This document shows, piece after piece, positions 46,914-57,800 of a stretch of DNA of 64,000 bases. Both the position numbers and the translations under genes were made by a program. Numbering within the stretch: position 1 is the first letter of the stretch; each line of letters starts with the position of its first letter. The notes beneath the pieces are model-generated. The model ran no database searches, was not told the origin of the DNA, and worked only from the letters and a program-made list of their open reading frames with translations. The stretch covers positions 860 through 64,859 of the forward strand of contig JBDHDH010000011.1 in NCBI GenBank assembly GCA_039591615.1, in the 5' to 3' direction. Source of the stretch: Gemmatimonadota bacterium. Lineage in GTDB: Bacteria > Gemmatimonadota > Gemmatimonadetes > Gemmatimonadales > GWC2-71-9.

Positions 46914-47126
46914 CTACTGCTGCTGCATCCGCTCCCCGAGCAACACTAGCACGAGTCCCGGCATCACCGCAGTGAACCACAGCGCCAGATAAGTGGTGAT
47001 GCTGACAGAGCTCACGAAGTCACGCAGTTGCGGAAAGACCGCGCTGGTGATGAGCGTGAGCAGGACGGCACCTGGCCAGCAAACACCGATGGCGGTGAGG
47101 ATGCTTCCGGCAGACGAGGATGCCAT
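46914..47126 (-). CDS. Small two-TM membrane protein, coupled to the upstream radical SAM gene
   Basis: 70 aa with two hydrophobic helices. It starts 4 nt after the B12-rSAM stop and is followed by a GC hairpin at 46891-46906. Confidence 0.45.
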   Translation of the reverse strand: MASSSAGSILTAIGVCWPGAVLLTLITSAVFPQLRDFVSSVSITTYLALWFTAVMPGLVLVLLGERMQQQ

Positions 47127-47130
47127 GACT

Positions 47131-49008
47131 TCACTCCCGCGCTTCGAACGTCAGGTTGAACACCGACGAGTCGACCTCTACGACCTCACGCAGCTTGTCG
47201 TGTACCGTGATACGGATGCGATCACCGTACCGGGAGAGGCGCTTGAGCAACCGATGGAAGTGCCGGACCTGCGTTTCGTGGAGGTGGTCGATATGGAGCG
47301 TCACCGAAGAGCGGCTGTCTCTCAAGACTCTCTCTAGGTGACGAGCCGCCCGTGCAAAGAAGCGCCGATCCAGCCATCCCCGCAACCGGAGAGAGAGGTC
47401 CGCCGCTGCGTGTCTCACCTCCCCGAGAGAGACCTCTAACGACCCGGCATCCCGGTACCGCTGCAGAGCCTTCTCGAGCCTGCGCAGATACCCGTCTGCT
47501 GCGTGCCGTGCGGGTTCTTCCACCAAGTGGAAGTGCCGGTCGATGTAGTCCCGCATCGAGAGCCCAACCACCCAGTCCTCGACGACCCGTTGGAGCAGGC
47601 GCATCCTCAGCCACGGTAGCGACCGCGCGAAATGCACGACCCGACCGATCCCCCCCGGCAGCAATCCATGTACGACGAAGCGCCACGACATGGTCAGCAG
47701 CTGTCTCGGGGAATACGGAACTTGGCCGGCGGGCACCCGAAGATGGCTGAGCTTGTTCCGAATCCGGGCCGAGATACCGGAGTCGCTGAACAGCCGCCAG
47801 TGTAACGCGCGATACCCTTCCACCATCTGATCGTAGCTCATGCCTTTGGGAATGACATTGGTCCCGAGCTTGGAGTTGTCGGAGTGACTGGCATCGGGGA
47901 TCAGGCGGCCTTCCTTGTGAAGCCGCGCATGGAGCGGCGTCTTTGGCGTAGCCTGGAGCAACCCGATCATCGACGCCTGGATACCGGAGTTCACGATGAA
48001 CTTGTACTGTCGGTCGAACGTGGACATCGTGTCGTTGTCGAACCCGATGATGAAGCCTGCCAGGATGTCCAGGCCGTTCGCGTAGATCCTCCGCACAGAC
48101 GTCAGGAGGTCCTGGCGCGTATTCTGAAACTTGAGCGTCTCCTTCAAGCTCTCTTCGTCCGGTGACTCGATCCCGATGAAGACCCACTGGAAGTTGGCCT
48201 CGCGGAACAACCGGAGGAGCTCCTCGTCTTGCGCCAGGTTCAAAGACGCCTCTGTCCCGAAGCTGAAGCGGTATCGGTACCGCCGCTGATATTCCCCCAG
48301 AAATCGCAGCAGCTCTTTCGCAACGGGCTTGTTGCCGATCAGGTTATCGTCCACGAAGAATACGTTCCTCACACCGCGCGTGCGCAGCTCATCCAGCTCA
48401 CGCTCTACTTGCGCCAGCGGCTTCGTCCGTGGCTTTCGACCGAACATCACGATGATGTCGCAAAACTCACAGCGAAACGGACAGCCGCGGGAAAACTGGA
48501 GGCTCGTCGCCTGGTACTTGTCGAGCTGCAAGAGATCGAATCGCGGAACGGGAGAGTCGGCCAGATTCACCTCGCCCTGCTCCGTGTACAGCTTCCTCTG
48601 GATTCCCTCTTCGAGGTCGCGACAGAACTCGGGCCAGATGTACTCGGCCTCTCCAGAGATCACGGTGTCCGCCACCGAGGCGTACTCTTCGGGACAGAGC
48701 GACGCGTAGCTCCCCCCGGCGACGACGTAGTACCCGTTCGTCCGGTAGTAGGCGAGGAGCTCCTTCTGCCGACCAAACTGCACACCCATCCCGCAGACCC
48801 CGATGATGTCCGCCGCGGGTGCCAGCGGAAGCGATTCGATATTCTCGTCGACGATCTGGACGTCCCAGTCTTCCGGACAGAGGGCCGCGAGTGTGGCGAG
48901 GCCTAGTGGAGGATTGATGGTCCGCTTCCCCGACAGGACGGTGTCGACGGCCCACTTGAAACTCCAAAAGCTCTCGGGAAACCGCGGATTGATCAGCAAG
49001 AGTCGCAT
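47131..49008 (-). CDS. B12-binding-domain radical SAM protein (class B, DUF4070-type C-terminus) with an extra ~150-aa C-terminal extension
   Basis: MRLLLINPRF...PPLGLATLAA is the cobalamin-binding N-terminal domain. The radical SAM motif is CPFRCEFCD. The long C-terminal helical region resembles HpnR/DUF4070-type enzymes. Confidence 0.8.
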   Translation of the reverse strand: MRLLLINPRFPESFWSFKWAVDTVLSGKRTINPPLGLATLAALCPEDWDVQIVDENIESLPLAPAADIIGVCGMGVQFGRQKELLAYYRTNGYYVVAGGSYASLCPEEYASVADTVISGEAEYIWPEFCRDLEEGIQRKLYTEQGEVNLADSPVPRFDLLQLDKYQATSLQFSRGCPFRCEFCDIIVMFGRKPRTKPLAQVERELDELRTRGVRNVFFVDDNLIGNKPVAKELLRFLGEYQRRYRYRFSFGTEASLNLAQDEELLRLFREANFQWVFIGIESPDEESLKETLKFQNTRQDLLTSVRRIYANGLDILAGFIIGFDNDTMSTFDRQYKFIVNSGIQASMIGLLQATPKTPLHARLHKEGRLIPDASHSDNSKLGTNVIPKGMSYDQMVEGYRALHWRLFSDSGISARIRNKLSHLRVPAGQVPYSPRQLLTMSWRFVVHGLLPGGIGRVVHFARSLPWLRMRLLQRVVEDWVVGLSMRDYIDRHFHLVEEPARHAADGYLRRLEKALQRYRDAGSLEVSLGEVRHAAADLSLRLRGWLDRRFFARAARHLERVLRDSRSSVTLHIDHLHETQVRHFHRLLKRLSRYGDRIRITVHDKLREVVEVDSSVFNLTFEARE

Positions 49009-49180
49009 GAAGCTGGTTCCCCCTCGCCCGGTCGGGGAATGGTTGCGCGGCGCCGCCGGCTCGGATCACTCGAAACTGACCGTGCGGCCAACGTGAAAGA
49101 GCCTTCAAAGAGACAGCCATGGCCGATGGCTGTCAAGGGCAGAAAGTGACGAATGGAGAAGGGGTTAGGACCGGGTGTGC

Positions 49181-49209
49181 AAAGGGCAGCCCGCTGGGGC
49201 TGCCCTTTT
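49181..49209 (-). terminator. Bidirectional intrinsic terminator
   Basis: AAAGGGCAGCCC-GCTG-GGGCTGCCCTTTT has a perfect 9-bp stem flanked by A/T tracts, 27 nt after the stop of 49236-50039. A second perfect 9-bp hairpin lies at 49112-49134. Confidence 0.75.
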
Positions 49210-49235
49210 GGAGATGATCCCGGCGATGCCAGGAG

Positions 49236-50039
49236 TTAGCGCGAGCCTACTTGCTGCTCCATCATGGGAAACGACAGGTCCGGACGAATCCACGCGTCGT
49301 TTTCCTCGATTCGCCGGGCGAACTGTCTCGCTTTGGCTGCGAGTCGTTGGCCGGCTTCACCGAGCATTTGCTCGGTATGCTGCTGCTCCGCGTGGAATGC
49401 GGCAGGATCGCTGGCGGTCTGGACGACGAGGTACATGGGGGCGTCGGGGCCGACGATCCCTTTGTAAACCAGCCAGCCGGTCTCGATGCCCTTCGACCGG
49501 TAGAGCTCGACGTATTCCTTGGCAACGGCTTCGATTGCCTGCTCCTTGCCAGGAATCACGTACCACCAATTGTAGTGCCGGTACGGACGATCGGTGCTGA
49601 CCGTGAGCACCGTCGTCTCGGGCAGATACGACAGATCGGGCCGTAACACGATCATCGACGTCGCCGAGCGATCCAGCATGCCGGCCGAGCGAGACATGTG
49701 AGCGGCCCACTTCTCCTGTCCCATGGCCTTTCCGGCTGCGTCCCAGTTCTGGAACGCGTTGCCAAGGTCGGCCCAGCTCGACACCGGTACCACGTAGATG
49801 TAGCCCGTTTCCAATCCGCTCAGCGCGGTGTATCGGATGGTTTCTTTGGCATTCGGCGTGGCGGCAAGATCCTTCAGGAAGGACTTCCCGGCCATCTCGT
49901 AGTCCTGGATCATCCCGGGCTTCACGAAGTCTTGGACGACGAACATCATCTGCGGCGGGCCTTGCTGCTGCGCGGCCGCCGCCGTTGGTGCGCCGAGCGC
50001 GAGCCCGGCGACGAGAAGGAAGAGCGCGATTCTCCTCAT
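49236..50039 (-). CDS. Hypothetical secreted protein
   Basis: AAGGAGG RBS and signal peptide MRRIALFLLVAGLALGAPTAAAA. I recognise no family. Confidence 0.6.
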   Translation of the reverse strand: MRRIALFLLVAGLALGAPTAAAAQQQGPPQMMFVVQDFVKPGMIQDYEMAGKSFLKDLAATPNAKETIRYTALSGLETGYIYVVPVSSWADLGNAFQNWDAAGKAMGQEKWAAHMSRSAGMLDRSATSMIVLRPDLSYLPETTVLTVSTDRPYRHYNWWYVIPGKEQAIEAVAKEYVELYRSKGIETGWLVYKGIVGPDAPMYLVVQTASDPAAFHAEQQHTEQMLGEAGQRLAAKARQFARRIEENDAWIRPDLSFPMMEQQVGSR

Positions 50040-50247
50040 TCGGTTGCCTCCTTGGACTATGGCAGTGTACGGATCCCCAGGCCACTTCGCTAAGCGGGCG
50101 TGGACGGGCAGGCTGGTGAGCCTGACAGACCCCAGTATACGTAGAAGTACTAGAGATTGGCATGCCCGACGCGCGAGCGCCAAGCCCACGCTGGGGTTCC
50201 AGAGGTTGGGACGAAAGCTCCACCGCCCCCTCCCCCTGGCGCTCCCG

Positions 50248-52536
50248 ATGAGCGTTGCGATTATTCACTCTGTGACATCAGACTCGCCGTTCGCATCACT
50301 CAAGCACCCGCTCGGCCTCGTGCTGGGAGCTGTGTTCCTCACGCCCCTCCTGCTCGTGCTGGCTGCGCCAACGCTTTCGGCCCAGGCTCCGGATGAACCA
50401 ATGGTGCTGCAACGGCTCTCCGGGACCATCGTGCTCGACGGGATGCCCGACGAGGCCGCCTGGGCCGAAGTGTCACCGCTCCCTATGGTCATGTTCACAC
50501 CCACCTTTGGCGGCGACGTTACCGAACAGACGGAGATTCGGGTGGCCCATGACGACACCCACCTATACGTGAGTGGCCGGATGTACGACTCCGATCCTGC
50601 GGGCGTGCGCACCAACACCCTGTACCGCGATCAGTACAGCGGCGATGACTTACTCGCCATCATTCTCGACACCTTTAACGACTACGAAACCGGCTCGTGG
50701 TTCGTGGTGAACCCCGCTGGCGTGCGAACCGACCGTTCGTTGTCAAACGACGCGGAGTTTCGAAACGGTAGTCCCATGAACTCGGACTGGAACGCCTTCT
50801 GGGACGCCGCCACCGTCGTCAACGACGAGGGCTGGTTCGCGGAGATGCGGATTCCGTTCTCGAGCCTCGGTTTCGTCGACGCGGGCGGGCAGGTCGAGAT
50901 GGGGATGATCTCGTACCGGTTCATCGCCCGGAAGAACGAGCGTCAGCTCTTCCCCGCCATCCCACCCAACTGGGGGATGGCTTTCGCGAAGCCCTCCCGG
51001 GCCAAGCGGATCGTGTTGGGTGGCGTGTATCGCCGCCAACCCGTCTACGTGACGCCCTACGCGCTAGGAGGATTCAACCGCACGGCTGAGCTCCCCGAAG
51101 GGGCACCCACCTATCGTTTCGAGCGTGACATGACGCGGGAGGTCGGGCTCGACTTCCGCTACAGCCCCAGCAGCAATCTCTCATTGGATCTGACCGCGAA
51201 CACGGATTTCGCTCAGGTCGAAGTGGACGACCAACAGGTGAACCTCACCCGCTTCTCCCTGTTCTTCCCCGAGAAGCGTCAGTTCTTTCAGGAACGGGCG
51301 TCCATCTTCGAATTCAACACCGGCGGGCGGAGTCGTCTGTTCCACAGCCGCCGTATCGGCCTGGTGGATGAGGAGCCGGTCCGGATTCTGGGCGGCGCAC
51401 GGTTGGTCGGTCGTGTCGGCAAGGCCGACCTCGGTTTCATCAACATGCAGACCGCCGCGGAGCAGGGACTCCCATCGGAGAACTTCGGCGTGCTCCGACT
51501 GCGGCGAGAGATCTTCAATCCCAACTCGTTCATCGGGGGCATGGTAACTACCCGCGTTTCGGAGACCGGTGACTACAACATTGCCGCCGGCCTGGATGGG
51601 ATCGTTCGGGTGGTAGGCGACGAGTATCTCACGATGAAGTACGCCCAGACCTTCGAGAATGGCGGCCCTGGCACCCCGGGTCATCCGGACGGTTCACTGA
51701 TTCTGGCCCGCTGGGAGCGGCGCGACCAAAACGGGTTTGGCTATGCGGCCGAGTTCATACGGTCGGGATCAGACTACAACCCAGCGGTGGGCTTCGAGCG
51801 CCGCGATGATTTCACGTCCTTCCAGAACGGGCTCCAGTATCAATGGTTCTTCGGCGCCGGCTCGTTATTCCGGTCACTGTCCATCGAGAACGAGCTGCGG
51901 TCTTATCTGCGGAACACGGATGGTACCGTAGAGTCCGTATCCATCCAGCCACAACTCCAGCTGGAGCTGAAGGGGGGCACCGAGATCCAGGTGAGGATGA
52001 ACGGCAGCTACGAGAGCGTACTGGACACCTTTGAGGTGGCCGACGGCGCACCGGTCACTCCGGGCGACTACTGGTTTCATGAAGCGCAACTGCAGTATAG
52101 GGCTTCGCGCGCCAGTCGCATTCGCCCGAACATCACGCTGACCGCAGGAAGTTTTTACGATGGTACGCGAGTGGGTATCTCGGCTCGCCCGTCGTGGAAT
52201 CTGTCGCGGTATCTCGAGGTGGGAGCCGAGTACGATTTCAACGCCATTCGCTTCCCGCATCGCAACGAGTCCCTCGACGTCCATCTGGCACGATTGCGGG
52301 TGCAAACGGCCCTCAACATCCACCTCTCCCTCGCCACGTTCTTCCAGTTCAACAGCACTCACGATGCGGCCAACGTCAACGCGCGTCTGCGGTACAACTT
52401 CCGGGAGGGCCAGGACCTCTGGATAGTGTACACCGAGACGGTCAATACGGAGCGATTCATGGCGGACGGCCCGCCATTGCCACTGTCGCAAGACCGCGTG
52501 TTGCTCGTCAAATACTCGCATACACTGGTCTGGTAG
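50248..52536 (+). CDS. CBM9-like/DUF5916 family outer-membrane-associated protein
   Basis: Signal peptide ending LSAQA. N-terminal VLDGMPDEAAWAEV...IRVAHDDTHLYVSGRMYD resembles CBM9. The long beta-rich C-terminus ends in an aromatic residue (LVW). Confidence 0.6.
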   Translation: MSVAIIHSVTSDSPFASLKHPLGLVLGAVFLTPLLLVLAAPTLSAQAPDEPMVLQRLSGTIVLDGMPDEAAWAEVSPLPMVMFTPTFGGDVTEQTEIRVAHDDTHLYVSGRMYDSDPAGVRTNTLYRDQYSGDDLLAIILDTFNDYETGSWFVVNPAGVRTDRSLSNDAEFRNGSPMNSDWNAFWDAATVVNDEGWFAEMRIPFSSLGFVDAGGQVEMGMISYRFIARKNERQLFPAIPPNWGMAFAKPSRAKRIVLGGVYRRQPVYVTPYALGGFNRTAELPEGAPTYRFERDMTREVGLDFRYSPSSNLSLDLTANTDFAQVEVDDQQVNLTRFSLFFPEKRQFFQERASIFEFNTGGRSRLFHSRRIGLVDEEPVRILGGARLVGRVGKADLGFINMQTAAEQGLPSENFGVLRLRREIFNPNSFIGGMVTTRVSETGDYNIAAGLDGIVRVVGDEYLTMKYAQTFENGGPGTPGHPDGSLILARWERRDQNGFGYAAEFIRSGSDYNPAVGFERRDDFTSFQNGLQYQWFFGAGSLFRSLSIENELRSYLRNTDGTVESVSIQPQLQLELKGGTEIQVRMNGSYESVLDTFEVADGAPVTPGDYWFHEAQLQYRASRASRIRPNITLTAGSFYDGTRVGISARPSWNLSRYLEVGAEYDFNAIRFPHRNESLDVHLARLRVQTALNIHLSLATFFQFNSTHDAANVNARLRYNFREGQDLWIVYTETVNTERFMADGPPLPLSQDRVLLVKYSHTLVW

Positions 52537-52677
52537 GGGGCGAAGACGAGAGGAAGTGGGGAGTCGCGTACTGGCAGCCCGAGCGGGATAAAGACACCAA
52601 TTCGAAGCGTCAAGCCAACCTCACCCGATTCTCAAGATCGCTCACACCATGCGAGCCCGCCTCACGTCGTCGTTCTC

Positions 52678-53463
52678 ATGATCGTCACCCTCACCTGCTT
52701 CGCATGCGGACGGCATTCGACCGACGGCCCAGCACCGGGAACCGTTTTCATTCCCAGCGGCACCTACCGGCTCGGCAGTGACTCGACCGAGCGCGCTCGC
52801 GGTTATGAACTATCACCTCCGGCAGTCCGGCAAGCCGGCTGGTATGAAGCCTGGGAGCTCGCCCCATACGAGGTGCGTCTCGAGGGATTCTGGATCGACA
52901 GCACCCCCGTGACCCACCGCTCCTACGCCGAGTTCGTGGCGGCAACGAGACACCGTGTGCCGCAGATTAGCGAAAGCGAATACTCGGAACAGGGATTCCT
53001 AGTGCATGCCTATGAAGAAGTGCTCCCATTCCTGTGGACGGACGGTGCGCCGAACCCGACCATGCACAACCATCCTGTGGCGCTGGTGAGCCGGGAGGAT
53101 GCTGCGGCGTATTGCGAGTGGAGGGGAGGACGGCTGCCGACAGAACACGAATGGGAAGCGGCCTGTCGCGGACAGGAGGGTCGCACCTTCCCCTGGGGAA
53201 CCACGTGGCGCGGAGGGATTGCCCACATGGATACCACGTTCACCGCACCGGTGTCTGCCCACACCCAGGAAGGGACGCCCAACGGCATCCTCGATCTCAT
53301 CGGAAACGTCTTCGAATGGACAGACTCTCCATTCGGGGAGGGCCGGACGGTCCTCAAGGGATGCTCCTGGGACGACGCGCCCGGTACATGCCGATGCGCG
53401 TTTCGCCACGGCCGCCTCTCACACTCTCGGCACATCCTAATCGGGTTCCGGTGCGTCCGCTGA
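52678..53463 (+). CDS. Formylglycine-generating enzyme (SUMF1/EgtB/PvdO) family protein
   Basis: HPVALVSREDAAAYCEWRGGRLPTEHEWEAACRG, GNVFEWT, LKGCSWDD and IGFRCV. Confidence 0.8.
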   Translation: MIVTLTCFACGRHSTDGPAPGTVFIPSGTYRLGSDSTERARGYELSPPAVRQAGWYEAWELAPYEVRLEGFWIDSTPVTHRSYAEFVAATRHRVPQISESEYSEQGFLVHAYEEVLPFLWTDGAPNPTMHNHPVALVSREDAAAYCEWRGGRLPTEHEWEAACRGQEGRTFPWGTTWRGGIAHMDTTFTAPVSAHTQEGTPNGILDLIGNVFEWTDSPFGEGRTVLKGCSWDDAPGTCRCAFRHGRLSHSRHILIGFRCVR

Positions 53464-53597
53464 CCTGCACTCCGCGGCGTCGAAAGCGAGGGCGATCACT
53501 CCGGTCCTAGGCCGTCGTCGCGCCCTTCGGGACTCGACCTTGGTGGTAGCGCGCGAGCACAACCAACGCCAATACGAGCGTGACCGATAACCCGTCT

Positions 53598-54644
53598 CTA
53601 CGGCCTCGGCCGCGGGGTCTCGGGACCGCTCGGTGGCAAGAAGGGATATGTTATCTCGGGCTGCCTGCCGCTCAGCGAGTGCAGGAACGCGACGATCTTG
53701 TCCACCTCGGCGGCGCTGAGCGACGCCCCCAGCTGCGCCGTTCCCATGACCGCCACTGCCTGCCGGAGATCCCACGCCTTCCCGCTATGGAAATAGGGCG
53801 GGGTCAGGACCACATTGCGAAGCGTCGGGACTTTGAACACGTACTCGTCCGTGGCCGTCTTCGTGACTTCGAACCGGCCCTTGTCAGTGGGCGGAAGAAG
53901 CTCGGCTCCCGGCTGCTCGACCACACCGAACGGAGCGTACATGCCACCGCCCACGTTGATGCCGTTGTGACAGTTCGCGCAGCCCTTCCGTATGAACACT
54001 TCAAGCCCATCCCGCTCCTCTCGGGTCATGGCATTCTCTTGACCCCGAAGCCAACGGTCGAAGGGCGCATCGGGCGTGATCAGCGTGGCCTCGAACAGCG
54101 CAATGAGATTCTGGACGTTCTCGAATCTGATGGGGTCATCCTGGCCCGGAAACGCTTCCCGGAACCGCCCCAGGTAACCGGAAACTCCCTTGATCTGCTC
54201 CACGACATGCTCCCTGGTCGAGCCCATCGCTGAGTGGTCGACCAGCCGCCCACCAGCCTGCTCTTCGAGATCCGTCGCCCGACCGTCCCAGAATTGGGCC
54301 GTGTTGAACACCGCGTTCAGCACGGTGGGGACGTTGCGAGCGCCCCGCTGCCAGCGGTGCCCGATGGAATTCTCCAGAACGTCCACCCCGCCCAGCCCGA
54401 CGATGTGACACGAATTGCAGCTGATGGTGTGGCTCTCCGAGAGACGCGGGTCGAAGTAGAGCATCTTGCCCAGCTCGACCCGGGAGGGCGTGCTCTCGAT
54501 CCCCTTGATGGCGGGGGGCGCCAGCGGGATCGGCTGGAAGAGGCGCCTCGCCTCGTCCCAGAGACCATCCTGGGCCACGGCGGGAACGCTCACGAACCAA
54601 GAGAGAGCCACGGCGACGAACGCTACACGTTTGCTCATTTCCAT
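53598..54644 (-). CDS. Di-haem cytochrome c peroxidase (CCP/MauG family)
   Basis: Signal peptide, two CxxCH motifs (CNSCH and CANCH), and a PTLRNV motif. Confidence 0.9.
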   Translation of the reverse strand: MEMSKRVAFVAVALSWFVSVPAVAQDGLWDEARRLFQPIPLAPPAIKGIESTPSRVELGKMLYFDPRLSESHTISCNSCHIVGLGGVDVLENSIGHRWQRGARNVPTVLNAVFNTAQFWDGRATDLEEQAGGRLVDHSAMGSTREHVVEQIKGVSGYLGRFREAFPGQDDPIRFENVQNLIALFEATLITPDAPFDRWLRGQENAMTREERDGLEVFIRKGCANCHNGINVGGGMYAPFGVVEQPGAELLPPTDKGRFEVTKTATDEYVFKVPTLRNVVLTPPYFHSGKAWDLRQAVAVMGTAQLGASLSAAEVDKIVAFLHSLSGRQPEITYPFLPPSGPETPRPRP

Positions 54645-54853
54645 ACCTCGACCTCGATGGGTATCGACGGGCCGTCTAGACGATCGGCGCCGGCGGCAGC
54701 CGTGAACCGCAACAGCACAGGGACACCTGCCGGAATCTCACTACGAACACCCTCGCCCACGAACCGTGAAGCAATCATGAAGGTGTGGTGACCAATGGTT
54801 GACTCGCCGGGTGAAACGAATGGCACTGGTGACGCGTCTTATCTCCCAGGGGC

Positions 54854-57800
54854 ATGCTCGCTCTGGCAGCCCCGAGCCCGACTTTCTATCCTACGGTGGC
54901 GCCGTTGGTACCTGCAATCCCTGGAAGCTTGGAGGACGCTCGGGTGTTCGACCACCTCGAACAGCTAAAGGCGGCCCTGGCCGACCGCTACGTCATCGAG
55001 CGGGAGCTCGGGATTGGTGGGATGGCCACCGTCTATTGTGCCCAAGACGTGAGGCACGATCGCAAGGTGGCCATCAAGGTGCTGCGCCCGGAACTGGCCG
55101 CTTCGGTGGGAAGCGAGCGCTTCCTTCGGGAGATCCGGATCGCGGCAAAGCTCACCCACCCTCACATCCTGCCGCTCCACGATTCGGGGCAAGTGAACGG
55201 CCTCCTCTACTACGTGATGCCCTATGTCGAGGGTGAGTCGCTGCGGGATCGGGTGGAGCGTGAGGGCGAGCTGCCGGTGTCCGACGCGGCCACGCTCCTC
55301 CGGGAGGTAGCCGACGCCCTGGCGTACGCGCACAAGCAGGGAATCGTGCACCGGGATATCAAACCGGACAACGTGATGCTCACCGAGGGGCACGCGCTCG
55401 TCACCGATTTCGGAGTGGCCAAGGCCGTCACCGAGGCCGCGGCTGGCCAGCAGGTCACGAGCTTCGGAGTGGCCGTGGGCACGCCGGCCTACATGGCACC
55501 GGAACAAGCGGCCGCCGACGCCAACATCGATCACCGCGCCGATATCTACTCACTGGGCATCATGGCCTACGAGCTCCTCGCAGGCCGACCGCCGTTCAAG
55601 GGCAAGACCACCCAGACCGTCATGATGGCGCACGTGACGGAACAGCCTGAACCGGTGACGCATCGGCGGCCTGCCGTCCCCGATGGGCTCGCCGACATGG
55701 TCATGCGTTGCCTCGAAAAGAATCCGTCCGACCGATGGCAGAGCGCAGCGGATCTCCGCGCGCATCTCGACGCGTACGCCTCACTGGGCAACGTCACGCC
55801 GGCGGGCACCGCCAGCACGGAGAGGATGTTGCGCCGGAACCACCCGGCGCGCGTCGTCGCTCTGTTCACCCTCGCCGCGGTTGCGGTGCTGGCGATGGTG
55901 TACGCCCTCATGATCCAACTCGGCCTTCCGGGTTGGATGTTCGGCGTGGCACTGATTCTCGCGGTCGCCGGTCTCCCGATCGCTCTCCTCACGGGCCGGG
56001 CCGAGCGGCGCCGCGCGCGGTACGGCACCGGCTCGACTGCGACGGCCGCCGTGGACCAGGGCATCACGGGCTGGCTCACCTGGGGCAGGGCCATGGCCGG
56101 CGGTGGGGCCGCGCTTGGGGCACTTGGCGTGGCAGTCGCCGCGTACATGGCGATGCGGCTCTTGGGCATCGGACCGGTGGGGACGCTGGTGGCCTCGGGT
56201 GTCCTGGAAAAACGAGAGCGCATCGTGCTGGCGCAGTTTGCCAACCGAACCACCGATACCACGCTGGGCGAAACCGTGACGGAGCTGTTCCGTATCGATC
56301 TCGCCCAGTCCCCGACAGTCACCGTCCTGGAGCCAGCCCAGGTGGCGCAAGTGTTAGCGAGAATGGAACGGGACCCCGGCTCGCCGATTACACCGGATCT
56401 GGCACAAGAGGTCGCACAGCGGCGGGGGCTCAAGGCAGTCGTGACCGGTGAGATCCTTCCTGTGGGAACCGGCTACGTCGTGTCGAGTACGCTCGTGTCG
56501 GCGAGCATCGGTGACGTGCTATGGGCAGGACGCGAGTCTGCGAAGAACCCCGGCGAGTTGATCGAAGCGGTGGACCGCTTGTCAGCCGGCCTGAGAGAGC
56601 GCATCGGCGAGTCGTTGCGCACCATCCGCGCCGACGCGCCCCTCGCAGAGGTCACGACTCGATCCACCAGTGCGCTTGAGAAATACGCACAAGCCGACCG
56701 TGCCAACGATCAGGGCGAGTATCAACGCGCCATTCGCCTGTTGGACGAGGCCATCGCCGAAGACTCGACCTTCGCGATGGCACACCGCAAGCTGGCCATC
56801 ATACTCGAAAACCAGAACCAGGAGCCCGAGCGAGCAAGAGAGGCTTTCACACAAGCGTACGAGCTACGGCACCGGCTCACCGAGCGTGAGCGGTATCTGG
56901 CAGAGGCCGCCTACCACAACTACGTGGAAGACGACAGACAGGCCTCCATCGACGCGTACCGGACTCTCCTCGAGAAGTATCCCACCGACCGCATCGCGCT
57001 GAACAATCTCGCCGTCGACTACACGTCCCTGGGCCGGACGGAGGAAGCGGCCGAGCTCCACCTCCGTTCGCTGGCCCTCGGAGCTGCGCCAGCAGTTACC
57101 TATGGGAACGCAGTCGAGATCCTGTACAACTTGGGCCGGACGGATACGGCCAAGGCAGCTCTCCGGCAGTTTGCCGCGGAATATCAGAACCACCCGCAGG
57201 TGCTGCGGTACCAAGCCGCCATGGCGGCCTCGCAATTCGACTACGGGACCGCGGAACGATTCGCTCGTGAGCTCAAAGCGGCGCAACGAGGCGCCGTGTT
57301 CGAGGCGGTGGCGACCGCGGAGCTCGCGAGCTACTCGCTCTTGCAGGGCCACCTGAGCGAGTCGGGTCGCCTCCTCAAGGAGGCCTACGACCTCCAGTCG
57401 AATCTCGGCCTCGGGTTCTTCGACCAACCCTGGGAGGTGTTCGAGCCTCTAGTCGACGCCGTCGTGCGGATTCGGCTCGTGGGCGACACGGACGGCGCCG
57501 TCGCTACCCTGGATCGGGGGATGGCGACGACCGCGTACCGAGAGGCCGCGGCCAAGGATCGAGGCTATCTGGATTACGCTGCGCTCTACGCCACAGCCGG
57601 TCGGGTGGACCGCGCCACCGCATTGATCACCGAGTATCGGTCCAGCGTCGACGCGGGGACGCAGGCGGGCGACGCCACCGACATGCACAACGCGCTCGGA
57701 GCAATCGCGATGGCAGAGGGTAGGCCGGAGGACGCAATTCGGGAGTACCAGGCGATCCGTGACTCCTTCCCCGGCTGCGCGCTCTGTGGGTTGGAAGAGC

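Noticed and set aside
52649-52681. Upstream ATG (MRARLTSSFS-stop) overlapping the FGE-family start, which would give a better lipoprotein signal if joined by a frameshift
   Set aside because: The only support is a 10-codon ORF and my expectation of a basic n-region. The evidence is too weak to call a frameshift.
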